The notes beneath the pieces were generated by a model that was not told the origin of the DNA, did no database searches, and saw nothing but the letters and a program-made list of their open reading frames with translations. A stretch of DNA of 64,000 bases from Candidatus Eiseniibacteriota bacterium (GTDB taxonomy: Bacteria > Eisenbacteria > RBG-16-71-46 > CAIMUX01 > VGJL01): NCBI GenBank assembly GCA_041946735.1, contig JBHGAY010000007.1, forward strand, positions 64,001 through 128,000, read 5' to 3'. Each line of letters starts with the position of its first letter. Positions within the stretch are counted from its first letter, which is position 1. Of the stretch, positions 43,690 to 50,909 are shown one piece after another. The position numbers were made by a program, and so were the translations under genes.

Positions 43690-44376
43690 TCATCGGTACA
43701 GCCCCTTGATCGCGCCCCAGCTCGCCGGCCGGGTCGCGACCGGAGCGGGCGCGAGCAGCTGCGGATCCCACGCCATGTCGTACCCCTCCGGCTCCCCGCC
43801 GAAAGGACCGGAGGCGGTGCCGCCGAAGAAGAGCCACTGCGCGGGATCTCCGATCTGATCGAGCTTCGTGCCGCCAGTGAAGTCCACGTGGCCCTGGAAG
43901 ACTCCGCTGAGTCCCGGGCCGTTCCAGACGAGGCTGCCGTCGGTGACCCGACCTTCGAGGATCAGCACGCCGTCCTGGAATGTGGCGGGGACCTGCGCGT
44001 TCGGAGGGTTCCACTGCCAGACCGCGTTCCTCGCCGGGTCCTCGAAGACCCGGATCGTTCCACCCGCGTAGGTGACGGCCGTCACGGGTCCCGTGACCTG
44101 GACGCTCTCGATCACGAGGTCCGAGACCAGTACCGTGTATTCGTTCGTAGCCAGGTCGAGCGGGAGGACCGGCTCCGGCTGGACGGGATCGAACAACATC
44201 GGGATCGTCGTCACGGTGCCGGCCGTGAAGGCCGGTCCGTCCAGGTAGGAGTAGCCGTAGAAGTCGAAGAATGGATTCCCGTTGGCAGCGCTCCACGTGC
44301 CGAGCGCGGCCGTGATCAGGAGAGTCCAGGCCAGGACTCCCGATGCAAGGCTTGTCTGCTTCCCCTGCGTCCTCAT
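43690..44376 (-). CDS. Exported protein, paralogue of the adjacent PEP-CTERM protein, ending in SWGAIKGLYR
   Basis: Signal peptide; colinear similarity to 42857..43543; SD AAGGGAG before ATG 44376 (ORF open from 44424). Confidence 0.85.
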   Translation of the reverse strand: MRTQGKQTSLASGVLAWTLLITAALGTWSAANGNPFFDFYGYSYLDGPAFTAGTVTTIPMLFDPVQPEPVLPLDLATNEYTVLVSDLVIESVQVTGPVTAVTYAGGTIRVFEDPARNAVWQWNPPNAQVPATFQDGVLILEGRVTDGSLVWNGPGLSGVFQGHVDFTGGTKLDQIGDPAQWLFFGGTASGPFGGEPEGYDMAWDPQLLAPAPVATRPASWGAIKGLYR

Positions 44377-44443
44377 TTGGCTCCCTTCGTCCGGCGGACG
44401 GTTCGGCACGCGGCGACTACTCATGTATCGCGCGATTGCTGCG

Positions 44444-44472
44444 ATTATCCTCGATCAGAAATCAATCGTCAA
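44444..44472 (-). promoter_or_regulatory. Sigma-70 promoter at the head of the exosortase locus
   Basis: TTGACG-17 nt-GATAAT with AT-rich upstream flank. Confidence 0.75.
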
Positions 44473-44541
44473 CATTTCTTTACTTCTGTCATCGATCCAT
44501 TTCACCCTCGCCCGGCCCCGGCGAGCTCGTCAGGAATCGCG

Positions 44542-44570
44542 TTGACAGGGGGTTAGGCGGGCGGGATTCT
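44542..44570 (+). promoter_or_regulatory. Sigma-70 promoter for the Yip1 gene
   Basis: TTGACA-17 nt-GATTCT. Confidence 0.65.
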
Positions 44571-44610
44571 GTCGCATCGGCGACCGAACGGTCGCCTCAG
44601 GAGGACAGGC

Positions 44611-45381
44611 ATGGCCGAAACCCCCACCCCTCCCCCGCTCAGCCCGGCCCTCAGTCCGGCCGGTCCAGTCTCCCCGTTCCAGCGTTTCACCCTCGCCCTC
44701 GGCGTTTCCCGCCGGGCTTTCGCGACGCCGTTCCACACCCCGGACTGGCTCATTCCCCTACTCATCGTCCTGGCCGTCCAGATCGCGAGCGGCTTCGCGG
44801 TGCACGACCTCATCGTCCAGAAGACGATGTCCCAGCAGGAGCAGGTGCGGGCCAAGATCGAGGAAGATCCGAGGATGAGCGCGGAGCAGAAAGAGGAAGC
44901 GATCGAGCGGATGGAGAGCATGAGCGGCGGGACGATGGTCACCGTCGGCATCCTCGCCGGCGGTCCGCTGACCCTGGCGATCGGCACCCTGGCGATCGCC
45001 GTCCTGCTTCACCTCATCGTGAACTTCGGACTGGGAGGGCAGATCCGGTTCGCGCAAACGTGGCTCGTCGCCGTGCTCGGCTGGGCTCCCAAGGCGGTGG
45101 AGTCCGTGCTCTTCACGCTGCTCGCGCGACTGCGCGGGACCGTAGACATCTCCTTCGGCCCCGCAGCGCTCATCGCCGACCTGAACAGCATGGCGCATCG
45201 CCTCCTGGGGGTGTTCGACCTCTTCAGCATCTGGGTGATCGCGGTGCAGACCGTCGGCCTGATGGGCGTCGCGGCCCTCGCGAAGAACAAGGCCCTCACC
45301 GCCGTCCTGCTGCTCTGGATCCTCTGGTGGGTCGTGCGGATCGTGCTTGCGGTCGCCTTCCGCAACACCCCGGGCATGTAG
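44611..45381 (+). CDS. Yip1-family membrane protein
   Basis: PDWLIPLLI, about 5 TM helices, FDLFSIW..GL; SD AGGAGG. Confidence 0.8.
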   Translation: MAETPTPPPLSPALSPAGPVSPFQRFTLALGVSRRAFATPFHTPDWLIPLLIVLAVQIASGFAVHDLIVQKTMSQQEQVRAKIEEDPRMSAEQKEEAIERMESMSGGTMVTVGILAGGPLTLAIGTLAIAVLLHLIVNFGLGGQIRFAQTWLVAVLGWAPKAVESVLFTLLARLRGTVDISFGPAALIADLNSMAHRLLGVFDLFSIWVIAVQTVGLMGVAALAKNKALTAVLLLWILWWVVRIVLAVAFRNTPGM

Positions 45382-45453
45382 GGAATCGACGGAGTGCGCG
45401 GCTCTCGGCTTGGCGGGAGTACCGCTCCGGCGGCTTCGCGGAGAGAACCGCTC

Positions 45454-45987
45454 TCAGCCTTGCTGTCGAATGATGCGGTAGAGGATGTCGTGAAGGCTCT
45501 TCTGCTCCGACTCGTCGCGCGCGAGGAGATGGACCTTCGCAAACGGCGCTTCGTCCAGCAACCGGCCGACGAGCGTCTCGAGGATGGGCGCGAGATCCTG
45601 CGGGCGCGCCCCCTTGCCCGCCCCGAGGAACGAATGGACGAGAATCGAGCGCCACGGCTTCGAGGCGGCGAGATCGAGCGCCGCGCGCATCGCGCGCGCG
45701 GCCGCGGCCGGATCGAAAACGAGATCCTGCCCCGCCACCGCCATGTGCACGATCGCGGCGAGCGGGAGATCGCCGGCCGGCGCGGCGACGACCTCGCCGA
45801 GGGAGAGCGGACCGAGGCGCACCGCTTCGGTCTCCGCGGCGGCGCCCGCCTTCTTGCGCAGGTCGAGCGCCGAGCCCGCCGCCATCCAGAGGTAGTCGTT
45901 CGTGGGGAGCAGGAGCGCATCGGCCTCCGGCCAGGGAGCGGAGGCGAGGCCGATCGTGACCTGCGTCCGGACGAAGTGGAATGACAT
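45454..45987 (-). CDS. Macro-domain protein (degenerate motifs)
   Basis: ADALLLPTNDYLWMAAG..LRKKAG..EA..LGEVVAAPAGDLP..IVH; SD GGAGG. Confidence 0.78.
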   Translation of the reverse strand: MSFHFVRTQVTIGLASAPWPEADALLLPTNDYLWMAAGSALDLRKKAGAAAETEAVRLGPLSLGEVVAAPAGDLPLAAIVHMAVAGQDLVFDPAAAARAMRAALDLAASKPWRSILVHSFLGAGKGARPQDLAPILETLVGRLLDEAPFAKVHLLARDESEQKSLHDILYRIIRQQG

Positions 45988-47222
45988 CGAACCCTCCCCC
46001 TCTGCCGGAAGACCGAGGACTCGCCACGTGGAGAGCGAACCTCCCGGCACTCCTGCTGCTCGGGGTTCTCGCCCTGATTCTGTGGACCCTCTACCGCGCC
46101 GTCGGCATCCTCGTGCCGCTGCTGGCCGCCGTCCTGCTACTTTGGCCCGAGCGCGACCAGCCGTGGGCACGGAGGATCCTGCAGCTCCTGATCCTCCTTG
46201 GAACGCTCTGGATTCTCCACGAGACGCGAATGGTTGTCTATCCCCTCGTCGCGGGCCTTCTCGTCGCGTACTGGCTCGACCCGCTCGTCGACCGGATGGA
46301 GAAGCGCCGGATTCCGCGGTCGGTCGGAGCCCTCGTCGTCCTCGTTCCGATCCTCGTGATCGGAGCTCTGTTCGCGTTCTTCGTCGTCCCCCTGTTGCTC
46401 CAGCAGCTCTCCGACCTGATCCGCGCGATTCCCGATCTCTACCTCTCGCTGCGCGAGAAGCTCGAGCCGTGGATCGGCCGCTACCTGCCGGTCGGCGCAA
46501 GCCCGGCCGCAGGAGGCGGCCCTTCGTCGGTCGCGCAGACGCTGGGGCAGCATCTGGAAACGATCCTGACCGGGATCTGGGGAGGAGCAACGAGCGTCAC
46601 GCGCGCGATCGGCGCGGTTTTGACATTTCTCGGGATGGTCGTCCTCGCGCCGGTTCTGAGCTACTACCTGCTCGCCGACTTCCCGCGGATTCGCGGATGG
46701 TTGCGCCAGCAGGTCGGCGCTGCGGGGAGGGAGAGATTCCTGAGCGTGTTCGCCGAGTTCGAGGCTGTCGTCGGTCCGTATCTTCGCGGGCAGGTGCTGG
46801 TATCGCTCGTCGTCGGGATCCTCCTCACCATCGGGTACCTGATCATCGGACTCCCCTACGCCATCCTCCTCGGCTTCCTCGCCGCCGTCCTCGGCCTGAT
46901 CCCGATCCTCGGTTTCTGGTCGACGATGATCTTCACCGTTCCTGCGGCGCTGCTCGCGCCCCATCCGGGCACGATGCTCGTGCGCTTGCTGATCGTCATC
47001 GTGATCGAACAGCTCCTCGAGCAGCAGGTCCTCGTCCCGCGGATCGTGGGCAAGGCGATGGGACTGAACCCCGCCGTCATCCTCGTGGCGGTCCTGGCGT
47101 TCGGCGCGATCCTGGGCCCCGCCGGCGTTCTGTTCGCCGTGCCTGCGGCCGCCCTGTTGCGCGCCTATCTCGGCCGGCGAGCCCGCGCGGGCAAGACGCT
47201 GACCGAGATTCTGCCTTCCTGA
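45981..47222 (+). CDS. AI-2E (PerM/TqsA) family transporter
   Basis: LVAYWLDPLVDRME, YLRGQVLV, GLPYAILLG..LIPILG, LVPRIVGKAMGLNP, FAVP. Confidence 0.9.
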   Translation: MTSNPPPLPEDRGLATWRANLPALLLLGVLALILWTLYRAVGILVPLLAAVLLLWPERDQPWARRILQLLILLGTLWILHETRMVVYPLVAGLLVAYWLDPLVDRMEKRRIPRSVGALVVLVPILVIGALFAFFVVPLLLQQLSDLIRAIPDLYLSLREKLEPWIGRYLPVGASPAAGGGPSSVAQTLGQHLETILTGIWGGATSVTRAIGAVLTFLGMVVLAPVLSYYLLADFPRIRGWLRQQVGAAGRERFLSVFAEFEAVVGPYLRGQVLVSLVVGILLTIGYLIIGLPYAILLGFLAAVLGLIPILGFWSTMIFTVPAALLAPHPGTMLVRLLIVIVIEQLLEQQVLVPRIVGKAMGLNPAVILVAVLAFGAILGPAGVLFAVPAAALLRAYLGRRARAGKTLTEILPS

Positions 47223-47253
47223 CGTCCGGAGTATCACCCGGCCTCCTGGGCCG

Positions 47254-47817
47254 CTACACCTCCGCCGGGATCTGAGGCGAGGCGCCCGGCTCCCCGTCCG
47301 GTCCCTCGCGCGTCCTCGCGAGGGCGAGCCAGCCTGCCTCCATCCGCTCGCGGAGCGACGGAGGGGCAAGGTGAGCGATCACGCGGCCGGGAACGGCGAG
47401 GAGGGGAAGCGCCCGGCTCTCGCGAAGGATCGGCCGGTTCGCCGGAACCAGGCCGACGAGCAGCGAGGCGATGGCCGCCACGAGGAAGAGGCCTCGCAGG
47501 ACTCCGAGGAGGCCGCCCAGGAGCCGGTCGGCGCCATCCGGCTTGCCCGAGGAGACTCCGAGGAGGAGGCCCAACACCCGGAGGGCGGCGAACGCGACGA
47601 GGAAGAGGAGGACGCCGAGCAGGACCTCGCTCCCTGGCACGCGCTGCACGGCGCGGGGAAGCTGCTCGACGAGGGGACGGGCGCCGTGGAAGGCGGCGAG
47701 GAGCCCGGCGATCCAAGCGAGGAGCGATACGACCGATTCGAGGAATCCGTTGCGGAGCCCCGAAGCGATGCTGAGGAAGAGCAGCAATCCGAGCCCGACG
47801 TCGATGACAGTCGCCAT
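47254..47817 (-). CDS. cvpA: CvpA (colicin V production) family membrane protein
   Basis: IDVGL..GLRNGFLES, DRLLGGLLGVLRG, LRESRALP; SD AGGAGG. Confidence 0.85.
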   Translation of the reverse strand: MATVIDVGLGLLLFLSIASGLRNGFLESVVSLLAWIAGLLAAFHGARPLVEQLPRAVQRVPGSEVLLGVLLFLVAFAALRVLGLLLGVSSGKPDGADRLLGGLLGVLRGLFLVAAIASLLVGLVPANRPILRESRALPLLAVPGRVIAHLAPPSLRERMEAGWLALARTREGPDGEPGASPQIPAEV

Positions 47818-47843
47818 CGGCCACCTCCTGGTAACGCCCGAGG

Positions 47844-47872
47844 ACTGTACGACCCATGCGGAGGCCGCACAA
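47844..47872 (-). promoter_or_regulatory. Candidate sigma-70 promoter for cvpA
   Basis: TTGTGC-17 nt-TACAGT. Confidence 0.5.
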
Positions 47873-47979
47873 CAAGAGCTTCGGCGACGGACTCGCTGGG
47901 CGAGGAGCGGGGGCCGCCGGCAGGGGCGCGGAGTGCCGGAAGGTTGCGGGGATCGCCGGACGGCCGGCACCGTGAGACG

Positions 47980-48014
47980 GCGAAAGCCGGGAGCTGGCGA
48001 CTCCCGGCCTTCGC
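47980..48014 (-). terminator. Terminator-like hairpin after tonB
   Basis: Stem GCCGGGAG/CTCCCGGC, extended by GCGAA/TTCGC; TTT follows on the minus strand. Confidence 0.6.
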
Positions 48015-48044
48015 AAACGGAGGGCCTTGCGATTCCGCCCCCGG

Positions 48045-48809
48045 CTAGTTGAGGCTGAATCGCATCGGGATCTGTACCCAGACGGCGACCGGCTTGTGCT
48101 GCTGGAGCGCCGGCTTGAAGACCGCTTTGCGTGCGGCCGCAATCGCCGCGTCATTGAGCATCGGCACCCCTTCGGTGACGAACGCGTCCTGCACCTTCCC
48201 GTCCTTGCCGACCAGAGCGCGCACCATGACCGTCCCCTCGACTTCGGCCGAGCGGGCCATGTCCGGATAGACGGGAGGGGGGATCTGGATCAGGACCGGC
48301 ATCTCCTCGACCGCGACGAACTCGTCCGGCGAGGGGTTGTCGTTCTGCGCCGAAGGGATATCGACGATCAGCGAGTCGCCACCGCCCGAATCGAGCGAGG
48401 AGAGGCTCGTCGGAACGAGAGCCTCGGCGAGTTCCGCCTGGCTCGCGATCGTGGACGTCGTCGCCTGGAAGTCGGGCACCGGCTCCGGGATACCGATCGA
48501 GGGCGGAGCGGCGGCGGCCGCGACCTGGACCTGCGTGGCGGTCGCCTCCTGCGCGATCGAGGGAGGCACACCCAGCTCGGTGTACTTCACGATCTTCACT
48601 TCCCGGACGACCGGAGGCGCTTCCCTCTCCAGGCTGCGGGCGATCAACCAGCCGCCGAAAAGCCCCACATGGAACATCAGAGCGATCGACACCGCCCAGT
48701 AGAGGAAACGCGAGTACCGCTTGCGAAGCGGATGCGCGTTTCCGACGACCGGAAGGCGCGCCGCGTCGGGAAAGGCGTAAGGATTGGGCTTCATCGTCGC
48801 GGCTTTCAT
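48045..48809 (-). CDS. tonb: Energy transducer TonB
   Basis: TM with S..FH; Pro-rich linker; YPDMARSAEVEGTVMVRALVGKDGKV..FKPALQ..KPVAVWVQIPMRFSL. Confidence 0.9.
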   Translation of the reverse strand: MKAATMKPNPYAFPDAARLPVVGNAHPLRKRYSRFLYWAVSIALMFHVGLFGGWLIARSLEREAPPVVREVKIVKYTELGVPPSIAQEATATQVQVAAAAAPPSIGIPEPVPDFQATTSTIASQAELAEALVPTSLSSLDSGGGDSLIVDIPSAQNDNPSPDEFVAVEEMPVLIQIPPPVYPDMARSAEVEGTVMVRALVGKDGKVQDAFVTEGVPMLNDAAIAAARKAVFKPALQQHKPVAVWVQIPMRFSLN

Positions 48810-49300
48810 GACGCCGACTCCAGCACCTTGATGTCTTCGGGCCCCAAGGGGATGAGACTGAAGCGGCTCATGTTCGCGAGCTCCAGCTCGTCCATGACGT
48901 CCACCATCGTCTTGTACTTCGCCGCCCGGTCGACCTTCACGAGAATGATCAGCTCGGGATTGAGCTTCGCGTTCTCGGTGAAGAGCGTCCGGAGATCCTT
49001 CATGGAGGTCGTCGACACGCCGCCCGTACCCATACGCCAGTAGAACCCGTTGTCCGGGGTGACGTACAAGGTAAGGACGTTCGACTCCGCGACCTGCACC
49101 TTCGTGTCCGCCGGCGGCAGGTTCACCTCCATCGCCTGCGGCTTGCGAAAGACGGTCGTCACCATGAAGAAGATCAAGAGGAGGAAAGCGATGTCGACCA
49201 TCGGCGTCATGTCGATGCGGATCGCCACCCTACGCTTGTGGCGGAGGCCAAAGCCTTTCTTCTTCTGTTGCGGTTTGTCCGCAAAGTCCATCCCGCCCAA
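48806..49300 (-). CDS. exbD: Biopolymer transporter ExbD (second copy)
   Basis: IDMTPMVDIAFLLLIFFMVTT, YKTMVDVMDEL; start 49300 or 49291. Confidence 0.92.
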   Translation of the reverse strand: MGGMDFADKPQQKKKGFGLRHKRRVAIRIDMTPMVDIAFLLLIFFMVTTVFRKPQAMEVNLPPADTKVQVAESNVLTLYVTPDNGFYWRMGTGGVSTTSMKDLRTLFTENAKLNPELIILVKVDRAAKYKTMVDVMDELELANMSRFSLIPLGPEDIKVLESAS

Positions 49301-49305
49301 AGCGC

Positions 49306-49755
49306 CTACCTCCCTTGGTTCTCCCCGCCTGTCGTGCTGGCTGTCTTGAGCTCCGTCATCAGGTTGAACCGGTTCGTATTCGTATGCTGCAGCGCGTCCA
49401 TCACGTCCGCAATGAGACCGTAGTCGGTCTCCTTGTCACCCTTGACGATGACGCGGGCGCCGGGACGGCGGCTTCGCGCCGTGACGATCGCGTTCACCAG
49501 CTCATCCTTCGGGACCTCTCCGGCCGCGCCCGATTCGTCTCCGATGAAGATCTTCCCGGACTTGTTCGCCGTGATCACGATGATTCCGGTCTCGGGGACC
49601 TTGATCTCGGAGCTCGACTCCGGCAGCGTGACCGACACCTCCTCGGGCGGCTTGAACTGCGTCGTCGACATGAAAAAGATCAACAGAAGGAACGCCACAT
49701 CGACCATCGGCGTCATGTCGATGCGGATCGCGACCCTGTGCTTAGCCTTGGCCAC
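49306..49755 (-). CDS. exbD: Biopolymer transporter ExbD (first copy)
   Basis: IDMTPMVDVAFLLLIFFMSTT, IVKGDKETDYGLIADVMDAL. Confidence 0.92.
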   Translation of the reverse strand: MAKAKHRVAIRIDMTPMVDVAFLLLIFFMSTTQFKPPEEVSVTLPESSSEIKVPETGIIVITANKSGKIFIGDESGAAGEVPKDELVNAIVTARSRRPGARVIVKGDKETDYGLIADVMDALQHTNTNRFNLMTELKTASTTGGENQGR

Positions 49756-50479
49756 GGGCCGACTCCTTCTGGTGCTCGAGCAACTGGACGACCTCGTAGG
49801 TCGTCTCGTCCATGTTGTAGTTGAAGCTGTCCACGCGGTTCGTGAAGTAGTTGTACATGACGATCGAGATGATCGCGAGGAACAGGCCGCCGGCCGTGTT
49901 GATCAGCGCCTCGGAGATCCCGATGGCGAGCTGGATGGCGTCGGCCGCGCCGGCATGCCCCATCGCCTTGAACGAGCGGATCATTCCGATCGTGGTGCCG
50001 AGCAGACCGACCATCGTGGCGATCGAAGCGATCGTCGAAAGAGCGATCAGGTTCCGCTCGAGGAGCGGCGTCTCGAGGGCGTTCGCCTCTTCGATGGCGC
50101 GGCGCGTCTCCTCGATCAGCTCGTCCTTCGGAAGGTTCGCGCTCCCCTTGAGGAAGTGGTAGCGCTCCAGCCCGGCGCCGACCACGTTCGCGAGGGAGCC
50201 GCCCTGCTTCTTGCACACGTCGATCGCGGCCTGGATCTGATTCGCGTCGATGTTCTTCTTCAGGTTCCTGGCGAAGGCGTTCATGTCGCCGCGCCCCTGG
50301 GCCCGCTTCAGCGTGATGAGCCTCTCGACGATGAACGTCAGCGAAAGGATCGACAGCGTCATCAGGATCGGGACGAGGTAGCCGCCGAGACGGATGAAGT
50401 CCGGCAGCATGTACTTGTAGATCGCCAGCGATACGAGCACCGCCAGGACGAGGATCGGGAGGAAAACATAGCCTTTCAT
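49742..50479 (-). CDS. exbB: MotA/TolQ/ExbB proton channel protein
   Basis: LSTIASIATMVGLLGTTIGMIRSF, GISEALINTAGGL. Confidence 0.92.
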   Translation of the reverse strand: MKGYVFLPILVLAVLVSLAIYKYMLPDFIRLGGYLVPILMTLSILSLTFIVERLITLKRAQGRGDMNAFARNLKKNIDANQIQAAIDVCKKQGGSLANVVGAGLERYHFLKGSANLPKDELIEETRRAIEEANALETPLLERNLIALSTIASIATMVGLLGTTIGMIRSFKAMGHAGAADAIQLAIGISEALINTAGGLFLAIISIVMYNYFTNRVDSFNYNMDETTYEVVQLLEHQKESARGQG

Positions 50480-50514
50480 TTCTGCCCTCCGTTGAGGCCC
50501 TTCATGCGCCCGGT

Positions 50515-50859
50515 TTAGGCGCGGTTGGCTCCCGACAGCGCCTCCTCAACGCTGTCGAAAGTCTCGAAAACGAACGAAAGCTTCGTGATCAAGAAGACGC
50601 TGTTGATGCGCTTGCCGATCCGGGCGAGCCGCAGCCACCCCTCTCGGTTGCGACAGCTGGTGTGCGCCGCCACGAGCGAGCCGAGACCGGCGCTGTTGAC
50701 GTAGGAGACCTTCCCGAGATCGATGATGATGTGCGGCGGCCCCTGCGTGAGGATCTCCTGGATCGCGCGCTCGAGCTCGCGCGTCTCCTCGCCGCCGCTC
50801 AAGTCCTTCTTCGGTGTGAGGATGTGGACGTCACCCCGCTTCTCGACATCGACGTTCAT
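50515..50859 (-). CDS. STAS-domain anti-sigma-factor antagonist
   Basis: IIIDLGKVSYVNSAGLGSLV (phosphorylatable Ser), ITKL..FETFDSVEEAL. Confidence 0.9.
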   Translation of the reverse strand: MNVDVEKRGDVHILTPKKDLSGGEETRELERAIQEILTQGPPHIIIDLGKVSYVNSAGLGSLVAAHTSCRNREGWLRLARIGKRINSVFLITKLSFVFETFDSVEEALSGANRA

Positions 50860-50909
50860 CCTTCGTTCCTCCTGCCCGTGGCGGCCGAGCCCGCCCGCCC
50901 AGGCTGCGA

